A stretch of 64,000 nt of DNA from a virus (IMGVR_UViG_3300042392_000853:573-64572); one strand, 5' to 3'; shown: positions 5,624 to 15,961, counted from the stretch's first letter. Made by a program: numbers and translations. Notes: a model not told the origin generated them from the letters alone.

Positions 5624-8160
5624 CGTTCACCCGCGAGCAACTGATGGCCCTGCCCAAGGAGGACCTGCTGTTCCTCGACTGGCAGGCCCGCTGGCGCGCG
5701 ACGGCCCGACCGGACCAGATGCTGCCCGAGACGGGGTGGTCGCAGATCGGCGTGCAGGCCGGGCGCGGGTACGGAAAGCAGCTTTGCAAGGAGACGCCGA
5801 TCCCGACGCCCTCCGGCTGGCGGCGACTCGGCGACCTGGAGGTCGGCGACGAGGTCTTTGACGAGACCGGCGCCCCGTGCCGCATCGTTGCCACCTACGA
5901 GCAGCCCGTCACTCGCGCCTACCGCCTGACTTTCAGCGACGGGGCGACGATCACGGCCTGCGAGGACCACCTGTGGGTCACTTGGACTCACCGCGAGCGC
6001 AAGCAGTTCATCCGCCACCACCCCGAAGCCGACGATTTCCCTGAAAACTGGCCGGCGCACACTCAGCCCCTGTGGGATTCCCGCGGCAACGTCGTCGGGG
6101 CCATCGGACCCGAGGTGCGCACCACCGCCGAGATCGTTGACACGCTGGTTTTCGGCACGCGCGGCGACACGAACCACTGCATCCCGACCTGCCACCCCCT
6201 GCAATACCCCAAAAAGGCCCTGCCAATCGACCCGTGGGCGCTCGGCTACTGGCTTGGCAACGGTGCGACCGTAGGCCCCGGCATCAGCACCCACCAAGAC
6301 GACACAGACCTCGTCGTGGCGCGCTACGAGGCCCTTGGCTACAGTGTGACGCGCTATGCCAACGGCAGAGACGGCTACGTCAAGGGCCTTTTGGGGCCGC
6401 TCAGGGCCGTTGGCGTGATCCGCGACAAGCATGTGCCCCGAGACTACCTGCAAGGCTCTGTGGAGCAGCGCGAAGCCCTTTTGGCGGGCCTGCTGGACAG
6501 CGACGGGCACTGCTCGCTGTCGGCGGGCCACATCGAGTTCTGCTCGACCCTGCGCTGCCTTGCCGATGCGGTGGTTGAGTTGGCGCGTTCCCTCGGCCAG
6601 AAGCCCGTTTTGCTGGAGGACCGGGCGCGGCTCAACGGCAAGGACTGCGGCCCGCGTTACCGGGTCAAGTGGCGCAGCACCTACCAGCCGTTCTCGCTGC
6701 CCCGCAAGGCTGCGGCGTGGCGCACGCCCGGCGCTCAGGCCCTGCGCAACCGGCACCGCATGATCGTCGCCGCCGAGGAGGTGGCGCCGGTGCCCATGCG
6801 CTGCCTGACGGTCGACAGCCCGAACAGCATGTTCCTGTGCGGCGAGGCGATGATCCCGACGCACAACACCCGCGTCGGCGCCGAGTGGCTCGGGCAGAAA
6901 GCCTACCGGGACACCAACAAGTTCCCGTTCCGGGTCATCGCCCCGACGCTCAACGACGTGCGGTTTACCTGCTTTGAGGGCCAATCCGGCCTGCTTTCAG
7001 TCATCCCGCCCGAACTCGTCGCCGACTACAACAAGACCAATCTGCTGATCACCCTGATCAACGGCGCCACGATCCGCGGCTTCGGCACCGAGGAGCCCGA
7101 GCGACTGCGGGGGCCAAACAGCGCCGGCGACTGGGGCGACGAGGTCGCGGCGTGGATCCGCGATCAAGAGGCGTGGGACCAGGCCGCGTTTGGTCGACGT
7201 CTTGGTGTCAATCCGCAGGTCGTCTGGACCTCGACGCCCAAGCCCAAGACCCTGATCCGCAACCTAACCGAGCCCAAGGCCGGACGCATCATCATTCGGG
7301 GCTCGACCTACGATAACCGCGAGAACCTCGCAGAGTCGTTCTACGACGAGTTGAAGAAGTACGAGGGCACCAAACTTGGCCGGCAGGAACTGGAAGGCGA
7401 ACTGATCGACGCCGAGGAGGGCGGCATCATCGCTCGCTCGTGGTTCAAGTTGTGGCCGGCCAGCAAGCCCTTGCCCAAGTTCGAGTGGATCATCATGTCC
7501 CTTGACACGGCCTTCACCGAGCGCACCCTCGACAAGCGCACCCACGACCCTGACCCGTCGGCCTGCGCCGTGTTCGGCATCTTCTGGCACGAGGACGTGA
7601 TGAACGTGCTGGTCCTCGACTGCTGGAGCGACCACCTCGGGATGCCAGACCTCATCACCCGGGTGAAGCGCGAGTTGAACGTGGCCTACGGCGACGACGA
7701 GGACACCTCGCTCATCAAGCCGATGTTCGGCCCCCCCAAACCCATGACCAGCGGTCGCAAACCCGATCTGCTCGTCATCGAGGACAAGGGCAGCGGCATC
7801 AGCCTGCGCCAGTCGCTGTCAAAGGAAGGCATACACGCCTACCCCTACAACCCCGGTCGCGCCGACAAGCTGGCCCGCCTGCACATGGTAAGCCACCTGT
7901 TCGCCCGTGGTTATTTTTGGCTACCCGAAAGCGAAAAGCGGCCCGGCAAGCCGCGCACTTGGACCGAGCCCGCGCTGGACCAACTCTGCTCATTCCGGGG
8001 CGGCGGGTCCATCAAGCACGACGACTTCGTTGACGTTTTCAGTCAGGCCGCGCGCGTAATCATGGACAAGGGCCTGCTTTCCGGTGTAAAGCGAGAAAGC
8101 AAGTCCGTCCGCGAGGCCCCGGCCCCGCCGAAAACTCGCGTGAACCCCTACGCTATCTGA
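5620..8160 (+). CDS. terL: Terminase large subunit, intein-containing
   Basis: AGRGYGK[intein]T Walker A, ERLRG..WGDE Walker B, TSTP motif, VIEDKGSG and HDDFVD nuclease motifs; probable TTG start at 5620. Confidence 0.93.
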   Translation: MTFTREQLMALPKEDLLFLDWQARWRATARPDQMLPETGWSQIGVQAGRGYGKQLCKETPIPTPSGWRRLGDLEVGDEVFDETGAPCRIVATYEQPVTRAYRLTFSDGATITACEDHLWVTWTHRERKQFIRHHPEADDFPENWPAHTQPLWDSRGNVVGAIGPEVRTTAEIVDTLVFGTRGDTNHCIPTCHPLQYPKKALPIDPWALGYWLGNGATVGPGISTHQDDTDLVVARYEALGYSVTRYANGRDGYVKGLLGPLRAVGVIRDKHVPRDYLQGSVEQREALLAGLLDSDGHCSLSAGHIEFCSTLRCLADAVVELARSLGQKPVLLEDRARLNGKDCGPRYRVKWRSTYQPFSLPRKAAAWRTPGAQALRNRHRMIVAAEEVAPVPMRCLTVDSPNSMFLCGEAMIPTHNTRVGAEWLGQKAYRDTNKFPFRVIAPTLNDVRFTCFEGQSGLLSVIPPELVADYNKTNLLITLINGATIRGFGTEEPERLRGPNSAGDWGDEVAAWIRDQEAWDQAAFGRRLGVNPQVVWTSTPKPKTLIRNLTEPKAGRIIIRGSTYDNRENLAESFYDELKKYEGTKLGRQELEGELIDAEEGGIIARSWFKLWPASKPLPKFEWIIMSLDTAFTERTLDKRTHDPDPSACAVFGIFWHEDVMNVLVLDCWSDHLGMPDLITRVKRELNVAYGDDEDTSLIKPMFGPPKPMTSGRKPDLLVIEDKGSGISLRQSLSKEGIHAYPYNPGRADKLARLHMVSHLFARGYFWLPESEKRPGKPRTWTEPALDQLCSFRGGGSIKHDDFVDVFSQAARVIMDKGLLSGVKRESKSVREAPAPPKTRVNPYAI
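5779..6867 (+). mobile_element. Class 3-type intein (363 aa) with LAGLIDADG homing endonuclease
   Basis: Starts QLCKETPIPTP; block B DHLW; block F PMRCLTV; block G IPTHN/T; LGYWLGNG and LAGLLDSDG motifs. Confidence 0.9.
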
Positions 8161-8167
8161 GGCCCGC

Positions 8168-10669
8168 ATGGATCCCGAAGACGATCAGCCGGAAGAGAGC
8201 GAGGTTTACGAACTGGAGGACGAGGAGACCGACGTCGTCGACACGGAGGACGGTGGCGCTATCGTCACGCTGGACGAGGATGACAGCGACGAGCCGTCCG
8301 CGGATTTCCTCCAGAACCTGGCCGAGACGCTGCCAGACACCGAACTCAAGACGCTGGCCAGCCAAATCCTTGAGTTCGTGGAGCGCGACCGGGAGGCCCG
8401 GTCCAAGCGCGACGAGCAGTATGAGGAAGGCATCCGGCGCACGGGCCTCGGGGACGACGCTCCCGGCGGTGCGGGCTTCCAAGGGGCCAGCCGCGTGGTC
8501 CACCCGCTTCTGACCGAGGCGTGTGTCGACTTCTCGTCCCGCGCCATCAAGGAGTTGTTCCCGGCGAACGGGCCGGTCAAGGACTTCATCCCCGGCAAGG
8601 TCACTCGCGACAAGATCGCCAAGGCGCGTCGCAAGACGGCCTACATGAACTGGCAGTTGACGAAGCAGGCGCCGGAGTTCCGCTCGGAACTGGAGCAGCT
8701 TCTCACTCAGGTGCCGCTGGGCGGGGCGCAATACCTCAAGGTCGGCTGGAAAGAGGCGAAGAACCGCCCCAGCTTCCTGTTCGTCGCCATCGACGAGATG
8801 CTCATCCCGTTCGCGGCGACCAACTTCTACACGGCGCAGCGCAAGACCCACGTCCAGTACCTGACGCAACTGGACTACGACCAGCGCGTCGCCTCCGGCA
8901 TGTATCGCGACGTGGACCTGGTTCCGGTGGGCATGGACCCTGACCGCACCAAGGCGGACGTCGCCAACGACAAGGTCGAGGGTCGCGAGGAGACCGCCTA
9001 CAACGAGGACGGCCTGCGCACGGTCTTCGAGGTCCACACCACCGTCGACATCGAGGACGACCGCACGGACGGGCCGGCGCCCTACATCATCACGATAGAC
9101 AAGTCGACGTCCTGCGTCCTGAGCATCTATCGCAACTGGGACGAGGACGACGAGACCGAGGAAGAACTCCAGTGGTTTGTGGAGTTCCCCTTCGTGCCGT
9201 GGCGGGGCGCCTACCCCATCGGCATCACGCACATGATCGGCGGCCTGTCCGCCGCGGCTACGGGCGCTTTGCGGGCGCTCCTAGACTCGGCGCACATCAG
9301 CAACAGCCAGACCATGCTGCAACTCAAGGGCGCGGGCATCGGTGGCCAGACCATCGACATCCAGCCCACGCAAGTGGCGCAGATCGAGGGCGGCATCGGC
9401 GCGGACGACATCCGCAAGGTGGCCATGCCGCTGCCGTTCAACCAGCCCTCCGCCGTGCTGTTCCAACTGCTCGGCTTCTTGGTGGAGTCGGGCAAGGGCG
9501 TCGTGCGCACCACCATGGACGACGTGTCCGATGGCAACGCAAACGTGCCCGTCGGCACCACCATGGCGAAGATCGAGCAGGGGATGGTGGTGTTCAGCGC
9601 CATCCACATGCGGCTTCACAACGCCATGGGCCGGTTGCTGGACATCCTGCATCGCCTCAACGGCATGTATCTCGACGACGATGCGCAGGAGGATGAACTC
9701 GGCGAGGAGATCGCGACCCGGGCTGACTTCGCCGGGCCGATGGACGTCATCCCCGTCAGCGACCCCAACATCTTCTCTGAGACCCAGCGCATCGCGCAAA
9801 TCCAGACCATCGCCCAGCGGGCGGCGGTCCAGCCGAACCTCTACAACGCCCGCAAGGTGGAGGAGCGGATCCTTGAGACGCTGAAGGTCCCCAACGCCTC
9901 TGACCTGCTGGTGCCGCCCGTCGAGCCCAAGGAGCAGAACGCGGTGGCCGAGAACGTGGCCATGACCATGGGCCGGCCCGTCATCGCCTTCCCGCAGCAG
10001 GACCACATCGCCCACTTGGAGGCGCACCTCGGCTACATGCTGAACCCGGTGCTTGGCGCCAACCGGCTGATCGCCCCGCAGTTCCTGCCCGGTGTGCTGA
10101 ACCACATCAAGGAGCACATGGCTCTGTGGTATGCCCAGCAGGTCTACGAGTTGAGCAATCAGGCGACCGGCATGGACATGGGCGACGCCGTGCGCGAGAA
10201 CAAGAGCGTGGCGGACAAGCAGTCCTTCGACCGGATGCTGGCGCAAGCGTCGAACACCGTGTCGCAGCGCGCCGCCGAGGCGTTCGGCGACATGCCGCCG
10301 GTCATCGAGCAGGCCGTGCAGATGCTCCAGTCCATGTCGCCGCAAGCCCCGCAGGACCCCGCTGTCCAAGCCGCCATGGCCGAGACCGAGCGTCGGGCGG
10401 CTGCGGATCAGGCCAAGGCGCAATACGACGCCCAGCGCCTCCAGATCGAGCAGCAGGACAATCAGGTCGACGCGCAGATGCAGCAGGCCAAGCTGGAGGC
10501 TGAGATGCAGGCCGACCAGATGCAGCAGCAGGCCGAGGACCAGAGGTCTGCTATGGAGATGCAGGCTCGCGTCGCCATGAACGACGCCGACAACCAGACG
10601 GCCATGTTGCTCGCCCAGATGGGCGGCGACGAGCCGGCGGTGAACCCGAACCCCAACCCCCAGCCCTAG
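8168..10669 (+). CDS. Portal protein
   Basis: 833 aa directly after terL; HPLLTEAC..F..RA.KEL.P.NGPVK motif and Q-rich C-terminal coil. Confidence 0.85.
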   Translation: MDPEDDQPEESEVYELEDEETDVVDTEDGGAIVTLDEDDSDEPSADFLQNLAETLPDTELKTLASQILEFVERDREARSKRDEQYEEGIRRTGLGDDAPGGAGFQGASRVVHPLLTEACVDFSSRAIKELFPANGPVKDFIPGKVTRDKIAKARRKTAYMNWQLTKQAPEFRSELEQLLTQVPLGGAQYLKVGWKEAKNRPSFLFVAIDEMLIPFAATNFYTAQRKTHVQYLTQLDYDQRVASGMYRDVDLVPVGMDPDRTKADVANDKVEGREETAYNEDGLRTVFEVHTTVDIEDDRTDGPAPYIITIDKSTSCVLSIYRNWDEDDETEEELQWFVEFPFVPWRGAYPIGITHMIGGLSAAATGALRALLDSAHISNSQTMLQLKGAGIGGQTIDIQPTQVAQIEGGIGADDIRKVAMPLPFNQPSAVLFQLLGFLVESGKGVVRTTMDDVSDGNANVPVGTTMAKIEQGMVVFSAIHMRLHNAMGRLLDILHRLNGMYLDDDAQEDELGEEIATRADFAGPMDVIPVSDPNIFSETQRIAQIQTIAQRAAVQPNLYNARKVEERILETLKVPNASDLLVPPVEPKEQNAVAENVAMTMGRPVIAFPQQDHIAHLEAHLGYMLNPVLGANRLIAPQFLPGVLNHIKEHMALWYAQQVYELSNQATGMDMGDAVRENKSVADKQSFDRMLAQASNTVSQRAAEAFGDMPPVIEQAVQMLQSMSPQAPQDPAVQAAMAETERRAAADQAKAQYDAQRLQIEQQDNQVDAQMQQAKLEAEMQADQMQQQAEDQRSAMEMQARVAMNDADNQTAMLLAQMGGDEPAVNPNPNPQP

Positions 10670-10683
10670 AGGACACCCCCCTG

Positions 10684-10797
10684 ATGGCCAAGCCGACTGA
10701 CAAGACCAAGGGGCCGGTCCCCCAGCACCACATGCTGGCGACGACCGGCAAGCCGCGCCCTGACAACGCGCGCAAGGGGCCGCTGCCGCCCAAATGA
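10684..10797 (+). CDS. Small basic protein (37 aa)
   Basis: Hand translation; GAGGA RBS; ATGA coupled to the next gene. Confidence 0.45.
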   Translation: MAKPTDKTKGPVPQHHMLATTGKPRPDNARKGPLPPK

Positions 10798-10988
10798 ATC
10801 CCGACACGCTGATCAGGAGGCTGAAGGAGGCGCAAGCCGAACTCGCCCGGGGCCTCCTGATTACGCCTTCTGGGCGGGACGCCTTCGAGTATGGCCGAGC
10901 CGTCGGTCTCTATGAGGGATACGAGAGAACCTGGAACCTGATCGCGAACCTTTTTGAGGAATCGGAACGCGGCAAGTTCGACATCTAA
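10794..10988 (+). CDS. Hypothetical head-region protein
   Basis: 64-aa ORF between portal and GroES. Confidence 0.7.
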   Translation: MNPDTLIRRLKEAQAELARGLLITPSGRDAFEYGRAVGLYEGYERTWNLIANLFEESERGKFDI

Positions 10989-10997
10989 GGAGCACAC

Positions 10998-11426
10998 ATG
11001 CAAAGCCTTGCAAACAAGATTACCTTTGACTACGGCACCGTGGACGAGGCGTTTCCGCCTTGCGACCCGCAGTTTGAACCGGGCGGCTCGCGGATTCTGG
11101 TGCAGTTTCGCACCCCGAAGAGGAAGACCAAGGGCGGCATCATCCTGACTGCCGACACCCGCGAGACCGAGCACTATAACACTCAGGTGGCCAAGGTTCT
11201 CGCCGTTGGCCCCCTCGCCTTCCACAACCGCAAGACGATGGTCTTGTGGCCTGAAGGCGCGTGGTGCGCACCGGGCGATTTCATTCGCGTCCCAAAGTAC
11301 GGCGGAGATCGCTGGACGGTCCCGACGTTGGACGGGACAGACGAGGCCATCCTCGCCCTGTTCAACGACCTCGACACCCTTGGCCGAGTGACGGGCGACC
11401 CGCTCGCCGTCAAGGCCTTCATCTAG
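10998..11426 (+). CDS. GroES/Cpn10-like co-chaperonin
   Basis: P.GSRILVQ..KTKGGIIL..AKVLAVGP..GD....KYGG. Confidence 0.85.
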   Translation: MQSLANKITFDYGTVDEAFPPCDPQFEPGGSRILVQFRTPKRKTKGGIILTADTRETEHYNTQVAKVLAVGPLAFHNRKTMVLWPEGAWCAPGDFIRVPKYGGDRWTVPTLDGTDEAILALFNDLDTLGRVTGDPLAVKAFI

Positions 11427-11442
11427 CCTGAAGGAGCCGTTC

Positions 11443-12396
11443 ATGGCTGACGTTATGACCGAAGACGACGACATCGAGATCGTAGAGGTCGATGAGATCC
11501 CCGAGTCCACCGAGGAGCCCGAAGCCGCGGCGCCGGAGCCCGAGGCTGAGGAGCCCGAAGACGAGGACGACGATGAGGACGACGAGCGCCTAGCGGAGAG
11601 CCAGGACGACGCGGAAGACGACATCGTCAACCGCAACCGCGTCAAGCGGCAAAAGCGCCGGCAGGCCCGCAAGCAGGCCCAAGAGCGGCTTGAGGCCGAG
11701 GTCCGCGCCTTGCGCGACATCAACATGGAGTTGGCCCGCAAGGTCAACAACATCGAGGGTGTCCACCTCACACAGGCCGAGGCCAACCTCGCCAAGCAGC
11801 TTGACGTCGCTCGCGACGAGGTGCGTCAGGCCGAGACGATCATCGCCCGGGCGGTGGAGGCAGGTAACGGAGAGGACGTGGCTGCGGCCATCCGCCTCCG
11901 CGACGAGGCGAAATACCGCGCCGATCAGGTCGCCGTTGAGCAGCAGCGGTTCACTGAGACGCGGCGTGACCCGTCGCCACCTGTCGACCCGCGTGTGCGC
12001 ACCTACGCCACGCAATGGGTGCAGGCCAACCCGTGGTACAACCCGAACGGCAAGGACGAGGCGTCGGTTCTCACCCGTCGCATCGACCAAGGGCTTCTGG
12101 CGGAGGGCTACGACCCGACGACCGAGGGCTACTACCGCGAGTTGACCCGTCGCGTGGAGGCCCGCTTCGGCGGCGCGTCCGCTCCCGCCGAGGAGCCCGC
12201 TCCTGCTCCGCGCAAGAAGGCTCCGCCGATGGGCGCCACCCGCGAGCACACTCCGACTGCTGGCCGCAAAATCCAAGTGCGTGTGACGCCGGAAATCCGC
12301 CAATCCCTTGAGGAAGCGGGCTACTGGGACGACCCCGCCATGCGCAACAAGATGCTCCGCCAGATCGCCGAACGGCAGAAGAACACCCACCGGTAA
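11443..12396 (+). CDS. Probable capsid scaffolding protein
   Basis: Acidic N-terminus, long coiled coil, upstream of the capsid genes. Confidence 0.65.
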   Translation: MADVMTEDDDIEIVEVDEIPESTEEPEAAAPEPEAEEPEDEDDDEDDERLAESQDDAEDDIVNRNRVKRQKRRQARKQAQERLEAEVRALRDINMELARKVNNIEGVHLTQAEANLAKQLDVARDEVRQAETIIARAVEAGNGEDVAAAIRLRDEAKYRADQVAVEQQRFTETRRDPSPPVDPRVRTYATQWVQANPWYNPNGKDEASVLTRRIDQGLLAEGYDPTTEGYYRELTRRVEARFGGASAPAEEPAPAPRKKAPPMGATREHTPTAGRKIQVRVTPEIRQSLEEAGYWDDPAMRNKMLRQIAERQKNTHR

Positions 12397-12410
12397 AAAA
12401 GGACGCGACA

Positions 12411-12950
12411 ATGCTTGAAGATGATGATAGGCTTAAGAAGGAAATCGGTGCTGGACGCCGGTCCCGCGCCTCGGAAGACCGCAATGTCACCGAGGACCGC
12501 GTGAGGACTGATGACGACCGGCTCGCCATGTTCCGTATGCAGATGCACAACGATGCGCTGCCTGACTTGCCTCCGATCCCCGGCTACCACGTGTGCTGGT
12601 TGACGACGACTAACCCCCGCGACAGCATTCATCGCAGGATGATGCTGGGGTACAGCCCGGTGACTGCGGAAGACGCACCCGGTCTGGATTACGCCACCCA
12701 GAAAACGGGTGAGTACGCAGGGATGATCGGCATCAACGAGATGCTCGCGTTCAAACTGCCATTGAACCTCTACGAAGCGTTCATGCAGGAAAACCACCAC
12801 GACGCCCCCGCCCGCGAAGAAGAACGCATGGCCGACACCACCGAGAGCCTGGTGGAAGAAGCCAACAGGGCAGGGTCACAGGTGCAGATGGGTGACGGCA
12901 CGGCATCGCTTCGCTCCAGTCCTTCCGTCCGTGGGGTCTTCACCTCATAG
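12411..12950 (+). CDS. Conserved head-region protein
   Basis: PPIPGYH.CW motif; position in the head operon. Confidence 0.7.
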   Translation: MLEDDDRLKKEIGAGRRSRASEDRNVTEDRVRTDDDRLAMFRMQMHNDALPDLPPIPGYHVCWLTTTNPRDSIHRRMMLGYSPVTAEDAPGLDYATQKTGEYAGMIGINEMLAFKLPLNLYEAFMQENHHDAPAREEERMADTTESLVEEANRAGSQVQMGDGTASLRSSPSVRGVFTS

Positions 12951-12989
12951 GGCGGGTCCATAAACCCACTCGAATGAGGTAAGACGCAT

Positions 12990-13550
12990 ATGCCCGCGAC
13001 TTCCCAGCCGTTCGGCCTTCGTCCCGTCTATTCACCTAGCGGCGTGATTCGTCCCGTCGCTATGTCGATCCTGACGGGCTACGGCGTGAACATTCTCCAG
13101 AACCAGCCGATCAAGATCGGCACCAACGGCACCGTCGAAGCCGCCGCCATCGGTGAGCGCTTCGTCGGTGTCTTCCAAGGCGTCGAGTTCACCGACAGCG
13201 AGGGGCGCCGCCGCGTGTCCAACCGCTGGGTGGCCTCCACTGCCGCCACCGACATCGTGGCTTACGTCACGGTCGATCCGACCATCGTCTACGAGATCCA
13301 GTCCTCGGCGACCATCGCCGTGGCCGACATCGGATCGCAGGCGGACTACACCGTCATCACCGCCGGCTCCACCGTCACTGGCCTGTCGCAGCTTATGCTC
13401 GACGCCGCCACGCTGACTGCCGCCGCCAGTGCGTCGCTGCGGATCATCAACGCCTCGCCCGGCCCCGACAATGCGTTCGGGGACGCCTTCGTCATTCTTC
13501 AGGTCCAGATCGCCGAACACCAGTTCGTCGCTGACCGCGTTGCCTTCTAA
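12990..13550 (+). CDS. Probable capsid decoration/cement protein
   Basis: PFGLRPV N-terminus, beta-rich, immediately before the major capsid gene. Confidence 0.65.
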   Translation: MPATSQPFGLRPVYSPSGVIRPVAMSILTGYGVNILQNQPIKIGTNGTVEAAAIGERFVGVFQGVEFTDSEGRRRVSNRWVASTAATDIVAYVTVDPTIVYEIQSSATIAVADIGSQADYTVITAGSTVTGLSQLMLDAATLTAAASASLRIINASPGPDNAFGDAFVILQVQIAEHQFVADRVAF

Positions 13551-13564
13551 GGAGGACCCACACT

Positions 13565-14479
13565 ATGGCTAATCCCATGAGGTCAACCGACTTCCGCTCC
13601 ATCGTCGAACCGATCATGAATGAATCGTTTGACGGCGTGTACAACCAGCGCGCTGACGAGTGGAAGCAGGTCTTCAAGGAGTTCCAAGGCACCCAGCGGA
13701 ACTACCACGAGGAAGTGATGCTGTACGGTATGGGCGCCGCGCCGGAACTCCCGGACGGCATGGCCGTCACCTACCAGTCGGGTGGCGTGCTGTTCCTCCA
13801 GCGGTATATCTACCGGGTCTACGGTCTGGCCTTCGCGCTGACCAAGGTCCTGGTCGAGGACGGCGATCACATCCGCGTCGGGCAGACCTACTCCAAGCAC
13901 CTCGCCCAGTCTCTGGTCGAGACCAAGGAGACCCTCGGCGCCAACGTCGTGAACCGTGCCTTCAACGCCGCGTTCCCGGGCGGTGACGGCGTGGCGCTCA
14001 TCAGCGCTAACCACCCCATCGTCAACGGCACCTTCTCCAACCAACTGAACACCGCTGCGGCGCTGTCTCAGACCTCGCTGGAGCAGATGCTCATTCAGAT
14101 CCGCAACGCCGTGGACAACAACAACAAGCGCATCCGTCTGACGCCGAAGAAGCTGGTGATCGGTCCATCCAACACCTTCCAAGCCGAAGTGCTGCTCAAC
14201 TCCGCGCTCCGCGCCGGCACGGCCAACAACGACATCAACCCCGTCAAGTCGATGGGTATGCTGTCCGAGGGTCAGGCCAACCTCGCTCGTATCACCTCGA
14301 CCACCGCTTGGTGGATCCAGACCGATGCGCCCGAGGGGCTGAAGCTGGCCAAGCGTCGCGGCCTTGAGAAGTCCATGGAAGGTGACTTTGAAACCGACTC
14401 CATGCGCTACAAGGCAACAGAACGCTACGCGTTCGGGTGGTCTGACCCCCGTGGTCTCTACGGCACCGCCGGCATCTAA
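13565..14479 (+). CDS. Major capsid protein
   Basis: 304 aa, AGGAGG RBS, GGDGV.L....HP and DFET....YKA.ERYAFGWSDPRG motifs, followed by a hairpin. Confidence 0.9.
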   Translation: MANPMRSTDFRSIVEPIMNESFDGVYNQRADEWKQVFKEFQGTQRNYHEEVMLYGMGAAPELPDGMAVTYQSGGVLFLQRYIYRVYGLAFALTKVLVEDGDHIRVGQTYSKHLAQSLVETKETLGANVVNRAFNAAFPGGDGVALISANHPIVNGTFSNQLNTAAALSQTSLEQMLIQIRNAVDNNNKRIRLTPKKLVIGPSNTFQAEVLLNSALRAGTANNDINPVKSMGMLSEGQANLARITSTTAWWIQTDAPEGLKLAKRRGLEKSMEGDFETDSMRYKATERYAFGWSDPRGLYGTAGI

Positions 14480-14485
14480 GGGATT

Positions 14486-14509
14486 GAGGCCGGGAGCAAT
14501 CCCGGCCTC
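14486..14509 (+). terminator. Hairpin after the capsid gene
   Basis: GAGGCCGGGA-GCAA-TCCCGGCCTC; no U tract. Confidence 0.6.
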
Positions 14510-14546
14510 TACCCTGTAGCCTTGTAACCCCTCGGAGACTCGCCAA

Positions 14547-14987
14547 ATGGCTCAAACTCACAACAACGGCCCTCTGGCTTCCGGCGACAAGCTGCCCGGT
14601 ACGCCCGGCGGCAACAACATCGGGCTGGCGGTTCTGTCGCAGACCTTCCTGATCGACTTCGACGCGACCTTGGTGCAGACCCGTTCTGTTCTGCTCCCGG
14701 TCAACAGCCAGATTGTCAACATTTTCTGCGACGTGCTGACCGCCTACAACAGCGCCACTTCGGCGACGCTGACTGTGGGTACCGCTGCGGCGGGCACCCA
14801 GTACGCCTCGGGCGTCAACGCCAAAACCGCTGGCCGGACCACCCCGACCTTCACGGCGGCGCAACTGGCCGCGATGGACGACACCGGGACGAACGAAGGC
14901 GTGTTCGCCACCGTGACCTCTGTCGGTCAGCCGACTGCCGGTCAGGTCCGCGTGACCGTCAACTACGTCCAGACCACGGGCATCTAA
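14547..14987 (+). CDS. Virion structural protein
   Basis: Thr/Ala/Gly-rich beta protein after the capsid gene. Confidence 0.7.
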   Translation: MAQTHNNGPLASGDKLPGTPGGNNIGLAVLSQTFLIDFDATLVQTRSVLLPVNSQIVNIFCDVLTAYNSATSATLTVGTAAAGTQYASGVNAKTAGRTTPTFTAAQLAAMDDTGTNEGVFATVTSVGQPTAGQVRVTVNYVQTTGI

Positions 14988-14991
14988 GTTC

Positions 14992-15017
14992 GGGGGCCGG
15001 TCTTCGGATCGGCCCTC
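14992..15017 (+). terminator. UUCG hairpin
   Basis: GGGGGCCGGTC-TTCG-GATCGGCCCTC. Confidence 0.55.
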
Positions 15018-15038
15018 ACCTCTTTCGGAGACGACACC

Positions 15039-15365
15039 ATGCGTCCAGTGACAATCAGCCAGACCGGCATCGGCAACAGCGCGGTTGTCATTCCGGACTA
15101 CATGCTCAACCCCTTCAACATCGGGGTTGCTGTCCGCGTGACGGGCACCGTCACCTACACGGTTGAGCACACGTTCGACGACGTGTTCGCCGCCACATTC
15201 AACCCCGCCACGGCCACCTGGTTCGCGCACACGACCCTCACTTCTCTTTCGGCGAACGCGGTCAGCAATTACGCCTTCGCCGTCCGGGGGATCCGCGTCA
15301 CCGTCACCGCCGGTTCCGGCACAGCATCACTGACCATCGTCCAGTCGGGCGTGGCGTCTAATTAA
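15039..15365 (+). CDS. Virion structural protein
   Basis: YTVEHTFDD..W..H motif; GGAG RBS. Confidence 0.7.
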   Translation: MRPVTISQTGIGNSAVVIPDYMLNPFNIGVAVRVTGTVTYTVEHTFDDVFAATFNPATATWFAHTTLTSLSANAVSNYAFAVRGIRVTVTAGSGTASLTIVQSGVASN

Positions 15366-15376
15366 AGGACACTGGC

Positions 15377-15961
15377 ATGACCGACACACTCTCTGTTGGC
15401 GGCGGCAATACGGACTTCGCCGCGAAGGTGGCGCTGGCTGCCGAAGGTGGGTCCGCTTTCGTGGGTCGCATTAATCTGCTGCGGCAGGTTGAGGAGGCGG
15501 CGGCCAAGGCCAAGCAGGATCTCGGTATCGCGGGCGACGCAGCAGTCGTCTTCGAGCAGGCCAACGCCAAGCTGGCCGAAGCCAAGGAGCGGGTCGCCAA
15601 GGCCAAGGCGGAAGCCGAGGCCGTCTTGGTCAAAGCCAAAAGCGCTGCCGACGACACATCGGAGAAAGCGAACGCCACGCTCGCTGAAGCGGAGAAGACC
15701 CTTAAAGCAGCCACGGCTGAAGCCAAGGCTGTGCGAAGCGAGGCGGACAAGGCGCTTAAGGCCGCCCAAGCCGAGGCTCTGGAGATGGTTCGGTCGGCCA
15801 AGGCCCAAGTGGGGGACATACAGCAAGCGTCTGCCGGCGCGCAGGCGGCGCTTTCCAGCGCCCTTGACCGCAAGGCCAAAGCCGAGGCGTCCGCCGCAGT
15901 TCTGGAGGGCGCCGCTCGCGACTTTTTGACTGCAATCAGGGGTGCCACCGATGCCGGTTAA
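15377..15961 (+). CDS. Ala/Lys-rich coiled-coil protein
   Basis: Composition; AAGGA RBS. Confidence 0.7.
   Translation: MTDTLSVGGGNTDFAAKVALAAEGGSAFVGRINLLRQVEEAAAKAKQDLGIAGDAAVVFEQANAKLAEAKERVAKAKAEAEAVLVKAKSAADDTSEKANATLAEAEKTLKAATAEAKAVRSEADKALKAAQAEALEMVRSAKAQVGDIQQASAGAQAALSSALDRKAKAEASAAVLEGAARDFLTAIRGATDAG

Noticed and set aside
5572-6984. Long antisense ORFs (also 9281-10807, 37739-39364, 51922-53130 and others)
   Set aside because: Shadow ORFs expected opposite high-GC genes; no motifs or RBS, unlike the nested 41866-42591 ORF
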